Assembly: GCF_009914755.1 (NCBI RefSeq)
Contig: NC_060930.1
Direction: 5' to 3' (one strand)
Origin: the human T2T-CHM13v2.0 reference genome, Homo sapiens
DNA length: 64,000 bases
Made by a program: the position numbers and the translations under genes. Below are positions 13,630 through 29,990 of this stretch, one piece after another. The number at the start of each line of letters is the position of its first letter. Positions within the stretch are counted from its first letter, which is position 1. The notes beneath the pieces were generated by a model. The model was given only the letters and a program-made list of their open reading frames with translations. It made no database searches and was not told the DNA's origin.

Positions 13630-14274
13630 TGGAAATAAGTACAGTAAGTGAGTGTCATTTTTTATTTCCCCAATGGTAACAATGTAGTAATAAGTATTAT
13701 TTCTTAAATGGATTATATATCTATGTGAGATATGCATGTGTTGGAGGCTTTTCCTTAACAGTCTCTCCTTTCTTAAGAGCCAGAATCTGGCTGAGCACAG
13801 AGGTTCATGCCTGTAATCCCAGCACTTTGGGAGGCCGAGGCAGGTGTTTCACAAGGTCAGGAGCTTGAGACCAGCCTGGCCAGCATAGTGAAACCACGTC
13901 TCTACTAAAAATACAAAAATTAGCCGGGCATGGTGGCGCACGCCTGTAGTCCCAGTTACTCAGGAGGCTGAGGCAGGAGAATCACATGAATCCAGGAGAC
14001 AAAGGTTGTGGTGAGCCAAGATCGCGCCACCGCACTCCATCCTAGGCAACAGAGCGAGACACCATCTCAAAAAAAAAAAAAAAAAAAAAAGCCAGAATCA
14101 TGGAAGTAAACCTCCCCCTTATAAATAAGACGAGTCATTCAGGAATAGAGTGTTGCAATGAAGTCCCAGGCTCTGAAGGCTTACTTTGGGGTTCAAATCC
14201 CAGCTGCACTGCTTACTAGCTATGTACAAGTCCTTCCACCTCTATATATATTCCTTATGTGTAAAATAATAATA
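13630..14274 (+). repeat. Local direct duplication, derived copy of 18115-18446, interrupted by an Alu
   Basis: Manual alignment gives ~32 differences over ~333 bp (~90%) once the Alu is removed. Confidence 0.95.
13789..14090 (+). mobile_element. AluSg-like
   Basis: Full dimer, A22 tail, TSD agccagaatc at 13778-13787 and 14090-14099. Confidence 0.95.
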
Positions 14275-15737
14275 GAAAAAAATTGAAAAAACAGAACAGA
14301 AAAAAATATTGAAAGCAAATGTGCCAACATACAAATAAGAATTCTCTCTGGATGGCATGTCTGGTGATTTTTCTAAACTTTCTCCAATTAAAGGAAAGAA
14401 TAATTAGTGTTGTCAAGTAGAGAGCTAACCTTTATTAATTATCTAAGAATTACCTCGATTAGCACAGTTTAAATAATAAGCAGATGTTAAATAAAGTACT
14501 TTTAGAGATCCTAAATAGTTTTTTAGCTTGTTAACTCTATATCCTCAACTAAAGTCTTTTTTCATAATTGGGCAAAACTAAACATACCCTAGTCCATATG
14601 CATATTACCACACAGACAGACTGATACTGATTAGCTGTTAAATACCACTGTGTTTCTTTGTTAAGGAAAAGATTTGAAACAGAAAAACAGACAACTCAAC
14701 TTCTAATTAATGCAGGTTCTTTCAAATGACTTAGAAGATAATATTTTGAAACTTTTCTAGACTTTGCTTTTCTCAGATGTACAAAGGAAAGATAACACTC
14801 AGAATAGTTTCAAAGAAGAGTCACACACAAAAAAATGACAGTAGTTAGGGAACTCTAAATTCTAAGAATTCTAAGAAATGTGACTGTCTGCCCCTGAAGA
14901 GCTCCAGGCCTCTGCACACGTTACTCCACTAACACTTTCCCAACAATTATATTCACCACCAGCAAAACTGATGACTATAACAACCGTATTAGAAAGACAG
15001 ATATTGATTCACTAGAAATATGTACTATTAGAGTTCACTCTCATTTTAACATACCAATTCATATTCATATTTCATCACTGCTTTCCTGGAGTAATTTTTC
15101 CAAAAGATTAAACACAAAAATTTTTTCTGGGGCCTTAAAATAGCACATAACGTGATCCCATTGTTTACCACCTACTTTCCACACTCATCATTTAACCTTA
15201 AAATCACATGACAATTGTGTTTTACAAACGATTTTTATTACAACAAAATTCTTTTTGGAGTGATGAGTTTTGTAATCTTATTCTAATATAATGGAGGTTC
15301 ATCCTGCCTTAAAATTAGATCTTGCCAACAGATGAAATAAAGGATCATTATTTACATAACAAAAGATGCTGTTTATCAAAAGATTCATTGCAAAGAAGAT
15401 TCTTTTAAAGGGCAAGCTCTTCTACTACATTTAAAATACTTCAGTTTAGAACAACTGTGTCTTCCCGTAGCTTTTCAGTAGTGAAGTTGGAGCATCCGTA
15501 TATTGTGCATATCTCATTACAATGACAGAACTTTACAAAGCAAGGAGCCGCTCAGCTATGACTCAATCAATTAGGAAAGGAGAAAAGCAGACCCAGCCAA
15601 GGAGAAACATGGAGAAGCAGCAGCAGGAAGGACAGAATAAGTTAAGAAGCATAAAGAAGGCTTTAAAAAATGAAAATTCTCAAATATCTGGGAGAACAGT
15701 GAAATAGAGCAACTCCGTGGCTTGTTTCCATTACATG

Positions 15738-16103
15738 TGATATAGTTTGGCTCTGTGTCCTCACCCACATCTCATCTAGAATTGTAATCCCCACATGTTA
15801 AGGGAGGACCTGGTGGGAGGTGATTGGATTATGGGGGCGCTCTCCCCATGCTGTTCTCATGATAGTGAGTGAGTTCTCATGAGAGCCAATGGTTTTAAAG
15901 TGTGGCATTTCCCCTTTGCTCACTTTGTCTCTCTCCTGCTGCCATGTAAGATGTGCCTTGCTTCCCCTTCACCTTTGCCATGATTGTAAGTTTCCTGAGG
16001 CCTCCCCAGCCATGCAGAACTGTGAGTCAATTAAACCTCTTTCCTTTATAAATTACCCAGTCTTAGGCAGTTCTTTACAGCAGTGTGAAAATTGACTAAT
16101 ATA
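15738..16103 (+). mobile_element. THE1D solo LTR
   Basis: tgatatagtttggctctgtgtc...gactaatata; 5-bp TSD ACATG at 15733-15737 and 16104-16108. Confidence 0.93.
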
Positions 16104-16149
16104 ACATGTATATATAATCAAACTCTTCCCAAAAGGTTTAAAAAGGTTT

Positions 16150-16246
16150 CTGAGGTAAGAACCTCTGTCTAGTTGTCAGTCCTTACCTAGCAATGAGTCC
16201 CAAGCATAGTAGACCCCAATAAATATTTGTTGAATGAAAGAAATGA
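16150..16246 (+). mobile_element. L2 3' end fragment
   Basis: caataaatatttgttgaatgaaagaaatga. Confidence 0.75.
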
Positions 16247-18114
16247 CACCAAATATTGCATTTGAATAACCTCTAATGAGCGTACCTTCCATTTTGGTAC
16301 ACCCAGGAAAATGATTAGGGGTAAGGGATGCCAGAGGGATTATTATCTATCTTTGTTCAACTTCTTATACAAACAAAACAAAGCCACCAAATCACAATTA
16401 TTGATAAGGTGATTATTATCTCTTTTGACAATGAGATGAAATGTTACCTATATTCAATAATCGCACTAATCTAGTTAGTGTCTATGACTGCCAATAAATC
16501 TTAAGCAACAGATTCCATCCAAGTCCTCCGATTAGAGGGCAGCCTTGTATCACATCCTGACTCCCTACCCCCAGCTCCACCACCCATTCCAGATCAGGAC
16601 CAAAAGCCCTCCTTGGAAAGGAAGGCCCTGCCTGCTGATCTGTCCTTTCTCCCTGCAGACAGATAGTGCCCCTACCAGAGTGGTCTACGACTCCCTTCTA
16701 CCACTTGCCTGCATGCCTCTCAGAGATGCAAAAATGCCACAAACAGCAATAAGCTTCCAGTTCAATAATCTTCTGTTCAAACTGGGCAGAAGCTTCAGTT
16801 AATGCAGAGAATCTTAGAAAAGGATAAAATAAGATTTATGTCCATATATCCAAAGGCCATTGTCCTACTTGGTAAGTGTGAAAGCTGATTGCAAGAGGTA
16901 TTGTGGTATTCTAGCTTTCATATGTTCTGTTTATGTAGCCAAATTTCCATTATTTTGGTAATGGAGGACAGGGAAGAAGTATAATAGATAATTGAAATTC
17001 ACAGATAATCCCCAACCCAAAATCTTGGCCAGTAGTTACTACCTTAATGCCCACAAATCTTTGATCAGAGCATCCCAGCAAGAAATCAAATTGCAGAGCC
17101 ACGCAGCTTCAATGGTCAACTTCTTTTCATTCTTCCAACAAACCTGCCAACCTTCTATTTTTCTCCTGCTATTCACCCCACCACTGCATCAGTTTTCCAG
17201 CATAGACACTTACTTAGCAAAACAGCAGAATTCGTGTGTTAGGAGGAAAGAGAAAGAGAAAAGAATCTGCAAAGCTATTCTCCTAAAAATGGAACATTGT
17301 CTTTGTACTTTAAGCAACTTTAGCAATGGGCTTCCTGAGTTGATTTTGGTCTCTCACAGGGCTTCCCATGTGTATTTGATTGATGGTTGTGCAAACTGGT
17401 TAACTAGCTAAAAAGACAGGAACCACTTGTTGTTGGCACCCTCTAAGATAGCCCCCAAGAGCTCCCACAAATACACCCCCTATAGCCAAGAAATTACAAC
17501 AACAAAAAACTTTAAAGGGACATTGAACAACCTGTATTTTTAATGGCTAGCACTTGATCATTTTTTTAGTAGATTATTCTGTGGACAGTTGGGTTTTTTG
17601 TTGGGTTTATTTATTTTTTGTTTTGTTTTGCCTCCAAAGGACATATGCCACTAACGATATGTTCTACTTATTATCCAAAATTATTTGCCTCAGCCATTTG
17701 GGCAGGAAACACAGAGAATTACTCACAATACCATCACCAGTCATCTCTAGTAAGGAAATAGCGAATTTCTTCCTTGGCTCTTATCTCCAAGTCATTCATT
17801 CATCAGATCTCTTTATTCTTTTGTGCTGTGTCTCATCTTCTGTCTCTAATATCACAGCTGCCATTTCAGTCTGAGCCCTTATTACCTCTCTTGTGATTTC
17901 CAGCACTTTCTAATTCTCATTGTCCTTTTCCCCTCTTCTCCCCGTATTAAATCATTTCATTCCATTGTTTAAAAACTGCAGGTCTGTAATTACGCTCTCC
18001 AGGGACCATGGGCTAACAATAAAATGTTACTAACACTGTTGAACTCCAAAGGGAGTCCCTGACCAAAACTCTGGTGCTTCTGAATTGTTAAAGACAGGGT
18101 TGCAACTTAAAATT

Positions 18115-18446
18115 TGGAAATAAGTACAGTAAGTGAACATCATTTTTTATTCCCCAATGGTAATGCTGTAGTAATAAGCATTATTTTTCAAATGGATTAC
18201 ATATCTGTGTAGGATATGCATGTGTTGGAGGCTTTTCCTTAACAGTTTTTCCTTTCTTAAGGGCCAGAAGAATGGAAGTAAACCTCCCCCTTATAAATAA
18301 GAAGAGTCATTCAGAAATAGAGTGTTGCAATGAAGTCCCTGACTCTGAAGACTGACTGTGGAGTTCAAATCCCAGCTGCACTGCTTACTGGCTATGTAGA
18401 AGTCCTTCTGCCTCTATATATTTTCCTTATGTGTAAAATAATAATA
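18115..18446 (+). repeat. Local direct duplication, parental copy of 13630-14274
   Basis: Same sequence without the Alu; the MIR it contains continues past the duplication end only in this copy. Confidence 0.95.
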
Positions 18447-18590
18447 ATAATAACTATTATAGTGTTGTGAGGATTTATACAATTCTCATGTAAAATAAGA
18501 AAGAAAAATAAACTCATGCTAATCTCTATGACACACGTAGTTCAGTGCCCTGCCACATAATAAGCACATGGTAAGTGTTGCCTGTTACCA
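18320..18590 (+). mobile_element. MIR
   Basis: gagttcaaatcccagctgcactgcttactggctatg...gtgttgtgaggattta...tgccacataataagcac. Confidence 0.8.
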
Positions 18591-20547
18591 TCATTTTCAG
18601 TCTCATTAACAAAGAGCATACTGGGAACTCACAGTACATGAGGGTCATAGAATGTCAAGGTTAAAGGAATTTAAGGGACTTTCTCTTTGGTACAATCCCC
18701 CTTCCTCCACCACTGGCCACCCCTAATTTTACAAAGGAAGAAAACAATTTAATTCAGAGGGTTTTTTTTTTTTTCCAAGAAGTGATTGTTTATTTTTTAC
18801 TTTTTCTTTGTAACGCAGTAGACACTGGTTACCTCCGTACAGTGCTGCTCTTACTTTTTGGTGCCACCAAGTGGCCAAGTTTAATGGCGCAGTGATACAT
18901 CCCCCAGAGGGAACCCCAATTTTTATAGCATAAGCTCTGTTTCAGACAGCCTTCAAAAGCTTTTCAATGCTCATCAATTAATGAGTAGTACTCTGGGTTG
19001 AGCAAGGAAGCAAAAGTTACCAGTGGCTCTCCAGTACACTGGAAATGAAGAAAATCATTCCTGAAAAAGAGAAGTAGTTAAGTGTTGGTGTTGGCTGAGC
19101 TTCAGCCCTTCCTTCCATGCCTGGAAAGCACTTTCTTATTTCTGAGTTTTAAGAAATGCATGTCTGGTCTTCTGGATAGACAGGAACCATTAGTAGTGTA
19201 AACAATATACACATTTTGAATGAACGCTCAAGTGCTAATAACAATATTTGCCTGGAAATTTGATGACCAAAGTGAAATATAGCTCTCAAAGAAAAAAATC
19301 TTAAAATAAAAGAATAAACATAAAATTTTAGCCAAAAAATTGCCATAGTGAATAGTCACTTTCAAATTGTTCATCTAATAACATTTTTAACCTTTTCATG
19401 AACAGCAGAATATAATGGAAAAAATTTTTTTCAGAAACATGTCTTTTACAAAGAACTTTGTACCTTTGAATTTATAGATTTGGAAAACCTAAAAGAAACC
19501 TTCAACTACTAAAAGTGATGGGCAGTCTAGACTCTAGAACAATCAATTCACCATTTTTTGTTTCATTTCCAGCTTCTATATAATGAAAATTATTTTTAAA
19601 AATCTTATTTTTTGGTAAAGTCTATTGTTTTAAGCTTTGATTAGTGAGAATGTTATGCATTTGAGGTGTCTCATTTTTCCCTAATCCTTTTTTCTTTTCT
19701 TTATAATCTTTTACATTCTTTATTCTATCTTGGTCAAGGATTATTCATTCTGGATATTATTGTATACAATTTTTTAGTTTTTCCTTCTTGTAAAATTTTG
19801 AGGTGAAATTTCACTTTGTAAAATGTTTCCTTCAAAATAAAAAAAAAATCCAAAGAGGATTTTTGTTCTTAAAAGACTCAAGATCTAAACAGAATTAAAT
19901 CACTGAAAATTAAATATAGTTCCTAAAAATTATATTTTGAAAATATAAATGGCAGTATACCAAACAAGTCAGTGAAGAGAATTATGGTATAATTTAATTT
20001 TATTTCCTCTTATATTATTATTTAAAATTTTATAAACATTTGTAAAGTTATCTAACTCATGAATCTACTAATTCATGGTAACTACCAATCTAGGTTTTTA
20101 TTTGACCATTTTAAAGTTCATAACAACTGTTTTGCTACATAAAGTTAATAGCTCTAACAATCCCCATTAATCTGAAGCATTTTAGTCTTACAATAATAAA
20201 TACTTCAACTGAGAGAATTTAAACATTTAGCTGATAAGGAAATGTTCACATTACATTTGAAATGGTTATTATGCTTGAATGTGACTATTCAGACACTGAC
20301 AATAAATACAAATGACAAGTTTTGTTCACACTACTAATGTTGATTATATTGATTAGAGACAATGAAAACTACGTGATGATGATTTGTTCATGGAGAGTTC
20401 AAGGATGCCACAAATGACACTACAATGAGCCTTTAGCTACTTGGCCTTCCAAAGCCCAAAGTCAAAGCAAACTTGAACTACAAATTGGAGCCAAACTCAA
20501 GGCCAACACTTGACTTTAGTGCAGCCCTTATGAAGGTACTCTGGAAG

Positions 20548-20780
20548 TGTGATACAGGGGTAATTGTCCAGGCAATGGAGTCATCCAGATTCCAGTCTTA
20601 CCTCTAACTTTTTCTACTTGTTTAATCTTAGGCAAGTTGCACAAGCTCTCAGGCTTCAATTTCCTCATGAAAAAACAGGAACAATAAACTCAGAAGACTG
20701 ATTGAGGCTGCGCAGATAATGCACTGAGCACAGGGAGTGTCCTGTAGTATACACTCAGTAAATCCTAGTTTACTATAGTT
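20548..20780 (+). mobile_element. MIR
   Basis: aatcttaggcaagttgcacaagctctcaggcttcaatttcctcat core. Confidence 0.7.
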
Positions 20781-21870
20781 ACTGTGATCATCTTCAATAA
20801 TATTAGGATCATAATATCTACTTTGACGAGTCTACAAATTGGAGATTACCTATCAGTATCACTTAAAAACATTTTGTGTCCATTTAATCAATGTTAGTTG
20901 ATATTACCTAGCCACCTGTAGAACTTTGCAAAATGCTATAAATACAACCTTAGTTTGTGAATTCAGAGCAAATGCAACCAACAGATGCATACTCAACTGA
21001 AATAGACATGTCATTTCTTTTTATTGACCCAGTGTCCTCATCTCCTTCCCATGTATAGGGAACTCTGCATTTTAAAATTTCTGGAGAATGCAGAGCCAAC
21101 CTCTTCTCATAGAAGCTGAAAACACTTAAAAAGCTCCTTTCATGGTTCTCCCTGAAAGCAAAGCTTAAGCACATGAACTAAATTAAGCCAATCAGATGCA
21201 CCTATCTATTTTTGCATTAAAGATTGTGATCTAGTGAAACAAGGACAAGAAATCATGCTGAGGGACGCAGAAGATGCATCAGCATCCACTTTCCAGGTGC
21301 AGCAATGCTGCTGCTACAAAGTGTGACATCCGGTGGTCAGTAGCAGTCGCTTTAGCGGATCTTACTCATGTGATCATGGCAAGAATTTGCTATGGCTCTA
21401 GATGTGTAGCCTCCTTTTTCTTGACTGTTTGTCAAACCTTGTACTCTAACCTTCTCAACAATTATGTGAGCTACACAGCACCCTTTCAATAAATTGCAAT
21501 TCTGCTTAAGTTAAGCAGAATCCATTTCTGCTGATTGCCACTGAGACTGACATGGAAATTGGTAATAGGCAGTGGGGTGCTGGAGGTAGTTGACCTCCAA
21601 ATGGGGCACTGACTAAAGGAATGGAAGTAATACAGTAAGGACTCCACAATTCCTTGCAGGGAAGAGTGGATAGCCATGAGGATTATGATTATTCACAACA
21701 TGAATGGCACCCCCAGGCATTGTGTTTGCAAACTTATTCTGAACTAGGAAATGGTAAGCCTTATTATGCAGTTATAAAACTTGGAAAAAGTTGAAAGTAG
21801 CTATTTTTAAAGGAGAGAAAAAATGTAAGTATGGCTTTAATATTGAAAGTTCTTTCTGATGGAAACAAAA

Positions 21871-22048
21871 AACACTGGGAAGTCTGAAAGAGGGGAGGGA
21901 GGAAGGAAGTGTTGAAAAATTACCTACTGAGTACTATGTTTACTATTCGGGTTATGGGTTCAATAGAAGCCCAAACCTCAGCATCACACGATATATCCAT
22001 GTAACACACCTGCACATGTACTCCCAAATCTAAAATGTTAAAAAAAAT
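21871..22048 (+). mobile_element. L1PB-like 3' terminal fragment
   Basis: gttgaaaaattacctactgagtactatg...agaagcccaaacctcagcatcac...acctgcacatgtactcccaaatctaaaa plus A tail. Confidence 0.88.
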
Positions 22049-22475
22049 ATATGGTATTCCTGGTCAAGATGGTCGAATAGGAAGAGCTCGGGTCTGTAGC
22101 TCCCAGCAAGACCAATGTAGAAGGGAGGTGATTTCTGCATTTCCAACTGAGGTACACGGCTCAACTCATTGGGACTGATTAGACAGTGGGTGCAGCCCAT
22201 GGAGGGTGAGCCAAAGCAGGGTGGGGCATTGCCTCACCCGGGAAGTGCAGGGGGTTGGCAAACTCCCTCCTCCAGCCAAGGGAAGCTGTGAGGGACCGTG
22301 CTGTGAAGAATGGTGCACTCTGGCCCAAATACTATGCTTTTCCCACAGTCTTCACAACCAACAGACCAGGAGATTCCCTCGGGTGCCTACGCCACCAGGG
22401 TCTGGGGTTTCAAGCACAAAACCGGATGGCTGTTTGGGCAGACACCAAGCTAGCTGCAGGAGTTTTGTTTTTTTT

Positions 22476-22694
22476 TCATACCCCAGCGGCACCTGGAACG
22501 CCAGTGAGACAGAACCGTTCACTACCCTGGAAAGGGGGCTGAAACCAGGGAGCCAAGTGGTCTAGCTCAGTGGATCCCACAACCATGGAGCCCAGCAAGC
22601 TAAGATCCACTGGCTTTAAATTCTCGCTGCCAGGACGGCAGTCTGAAGTCAACCTGAGATGGTTGAGCTTGGTGTGAGGAGGGGCGTCCACCAT
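22476..22694 (-). CDS. L1 antisense ORF0-like open frame (72 codons)
   Basis: MVDAPPHTKLNHLRLTSDC... sits at the position of L1 ORF0 (MAGAPPPASL..LISDC); ATG at 22694-22692 in gtaATGG context; expression unknown. Confidence 0.4.
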   Translation of the reverse strand: MVDAPPHTKLNHLRLTSDCRPGSENLKPVDLSLLGSMVVGSTELDHLAPWFQPPFQGSERFCLTGVPGAAGV

Positions 22695-23396
22695 TACTGA
22701 GGCTTGAGTAGGTGGTTTTCCCCTCACAGTGTAAACAAAGCCACCAGGAAGTTCGAACTGGGCGGAGCCCACCACAGCTCGGCAAAGCCACTGCAGCCAG
22801 ACTGCCTCCCTAGATTCATCCTTTCTGGGCAGGGCATCTCTGAAATAAAGAAAGCAGCCTCAGTCACGAGCTTATAGATAAAAGCTCCATCTCCATGCGA
22901 CAGAACACGTGGGTGCCGGGTCAGCTGTGGGCACAGCCTCAGCAGACTTAAACGTTCCTGCCTACGGCTCTGAAGAGAGCAGCGGGTCTCCCAGCACAGC
23001 GCTCGAGCTCTGCTAAGGTACAGACTGCCACCTCAAGTGGGTCCCTGACCCCCATGCCTCCTGACGGGGAGATACCTCCCAGCAGGGGTTGACACACACC
23101 TCATACAGGAGAACTCCAACTGGCTTCTGGCTGGTGCCCCTCTACAAAGCTTCCAGAGGAAGGAACAGGCAGCAATCTTTGCTGTTCTGCAGCCTCCACC
23201 AGTGATACCCAGGAAAACAGGGTCTGGAGTGGACCCCCAGCAAACTCCAGCAGACCTGCAGAACAGGGGCCCGACTGTGAGAAGAAAACTAACAAACATA
23301 AAGCAATAGCATCAACATCAACAAAGAGGACCACCATGCAAAAGCTTCATCTGAAGGTCCCAACAGCAAAGACCAAAGGTAGACAAATCCACAAAG

Positions 23397-24417
23397 ATGA
23401 GGAAAAACCAGCACAAAAAGGCTGAAAATTCCAAAAACCAGAAAGCCTCTTCTCCTCCAAAGGATCAGAACTCCTTAGCAGCAAGGGAACAAAACTGGAT
23501 GGAGAATGAGTTTGATGAATTGACAGAAGTAGGCTTCAGAAGGTGGGTAATAATAAACTACTCTGAGCTAAAGGAGCAGGTTCTAACCCAATGCAAGGAA
23601 GCTAAGAACCTTGAAAAAGGTTAGAGGAATTGCTAACTATAATAACCGGTTTAGAGAACATAAATGACCTGATGGAGCTGAAAAACACAGCACAAGAACT
23701 TCGTGAAGCATACACAAGTATCAATAGCCAAATCGATCAAGCAGAAGAAAGGGTAACAAAAATTGAAGATCAACTTAATAAACTAAAGCAAAAAGACAAG
23801 ATTAGAGAAAAAAGAATGAAAAGGAGTGAAAAAAGCCTCCAAGAAATATGGGACTGTGTGAAAAGACCAAACCTACACTTGATTGGTGTACCTGAAAGTG
23901 ACGGGGAGAATGGAACCAACTTGGAAAACACACTTCAGGATATTATCCAGGAGAACTTCCCCAAACTAGCAAGACAGGCCAACATCAAATTCAGGAAATA
24001 CAGAGAACATCACAAAGATATTCCTCGAGAAGAGCAACCCCAAGACACATAATCATCAGATTCTCCAAGGTGAAAATGAAGGAAAAAATGTTAAGGGTAG
24101 CCAGAGAGAAAGGTCAGGTTACCCACAAAGGAAAGCTCACCAGACTAACAGTGGATCTCTCTGCAGAAACCCGACAAGCCAGAAGAGAGTGGGGGCTGAT
24201 AGTTAACATTGGTAAAGAAAAGAATTTTCAATCCAGAATTTCATATCCAGCCAAACTATGCTTCACAAGTGAAGAAGAAATAAAATCCTTTACAGACAAG
24301 CAAATGCTGAGGGATTTTGTCACCACCAGGGCTGCCTTACAAGAGCTCCTGAAGGAAGCACAAAATATGGAAAGAAAAAACCAGTACCAGCCACTGCAAA
24401 AACAAACCAAAACGTAA
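23397..24417 (+). pseudogene. L1 ORF1p remnant (stops and frameshifts)
   Basis: Fragments MRKNQHKKAENSK, EIWDCVKRPNLHLIGVPE, RISYPAKL spread over several frames. Confidence 0.95.
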
Positions 24418-24480
24418 AGACCATTGACACTATGAGGAAACCGCATCAACTAATGGGCAAAATAACCAGCTAGCATCATA

Positions 24481-28296
<3,816 letters not shown>

Positions 28297-28930
28297 ACAA
28301 TGAGAACATATGGGCACAGGGAGGGAACAGTACACACCGGGGCCTGTCAGGGGGTGGGAGGCAAGGGGAGGGATAGCATTAGGATAAATACCTAATGTAG
28401 GTGACAGGTTGATGGGTGCAGCAAACTACCGTGGCACATGTATACCTATGTAACAAACCTGCATGTTCTGCGCATGTATCCCAGAACTTAAAATATAATA
28501 AATAAGTAAAATGAATAAGTATATGTCATATGTGCTCAAAAAAATTATTTTTGCCTATAGCCTGCAAGCCAAAATGACTGGGAGTCTGATAATTGTCTGC
28601 CTTTCAAGATTGTAAAATTAAAATTCTCTATTACAAACTAAAGTTTTTCAACAGAGACAGAGACTAAGGAGACTTGTCAGGAGAAAAAATTGGAGCAAAA
28701 GACATGCATGATCACTCAGGCCCTTCTTGTACACCACCATTTAGCCTTCTCTACAGGCCTAAGAGTTAAATAGGTTCAATGTGAAGCAGCAACTGGAATG
28801 GATGCAGCCTGGAGTTACAGATTAGATTATTGCTTTGAAGTATCATAGAGCATCAGCCTTTCAACTGCAGGCTAGAGCTATAGGGCAAGGCACAGAAGCA
28901 GATAGCAAGCAGACAGATAATCCAAAACAT

Positions 28931-29990
28931 GCATGAAATGAAAATACTTCTACACAGCAAAGGAAACAATCAACAGAGACAAGAGACAGCCTAAGGAATG
29001 GGAGAAATTATTTGTAAACTACACATTTGATAATATGTACATATGTACACATACATATATAGACATACATACAATATTATTCATCCTTAATAAGGAAAAT
29101 CTTGTCATTTGCAACAATGTGGATGAAGCTGGAGGACAGGAAACTAAATTTAATAAGCCAAGGATAGAAAGATAAATACTGCATGTCTTAGTCTGTTTGT
29201 GTTGCTATAAGGAAATGCCTGAGGCTGGGTAATTTATAAAGTAAATAGGTTTGTTTAGCTCACAGCTCTACAGGCTTTACGAGAAGCATGGTGCCAGCAT
29301 CTGCTTCCACTCATTGCAGAAGGTGGAGGGGAGCCGGTGTATGCAGAGATCACATGGTGAGAGAGGAAGGAAGAAGGGGCAGGGAGAGGCCAGGCTGTTA
29401 CTCACAATCAGCTTTCTCAGGAACTAAAAGAGAAAGAACTTATTTACCTTTTCCCCCAGAAGGGCATCAATCTATTCATCAGGGATCCTCCCCTATAACA
29501 CAAACATTCTCATTAGGCCCCATCTCCAGCATTGGGGGTTAAATTTCAACATGAGATTTGGAGGGGACAACATGCAAACTATCACACTGCACAGACTCAC
29601 TTCCATGTGGAATCTAAAAAATCCGAACTCAAAGAAACAGATTAGAATGGTGGTATTCAGGGGCCAGAGGGTGGAGGGAAGAGGGTTGTGGAGATATTGA
29701 TCAAAGGGTACAAAGTTTCAGTTAGACAGGAGGAATAAGTTCTGGAGATCTATCAAACAGTGGTGACTGTAGTTAATAAGAAGTTGTATACTTGAAAATT
29801 GCTAAGAGCATAGATCTTAAATGTTCTCACCACACACACAAAATAGCTATGTGATGTGATGGATGTGTTAATTAGCTTGACTGTGGTAATCACCTCACAA
29901 TATATGTATGTATCAAAACATCATATTGTAACAACATAAATATATACAATTTAATTTTAAGTTATGCTTCAGTAAAGCTGGTGGGAAAAA
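28931..29990 (+). mobile_element. L1MA9/10-like 3' end, internally deleted and split by an MSTB LTR
   Basis: cacagcaaaggaaacaatcaacaga...; 3' UTR aaattgctaagagcatagatcttaaatgttctcaccac...agtaaagctggtgggaaaaa. Confidence 0.85.
29184..29586 (-). mobile_element. MSTB-like MaLR solo LTR
   Basis: tgtcttagtctgtttgtgttgctataagg...caaactatcaca; TSD CTGCA at 29179-29183 and 29587-29591. Confidence 0.9.

Noticed and set aside
16992-17411. 139 aa ORF in non-repeat DNA
   Set aside because: Starts at TTG, no recognisable domain, no convincing splice context; compatible with chance
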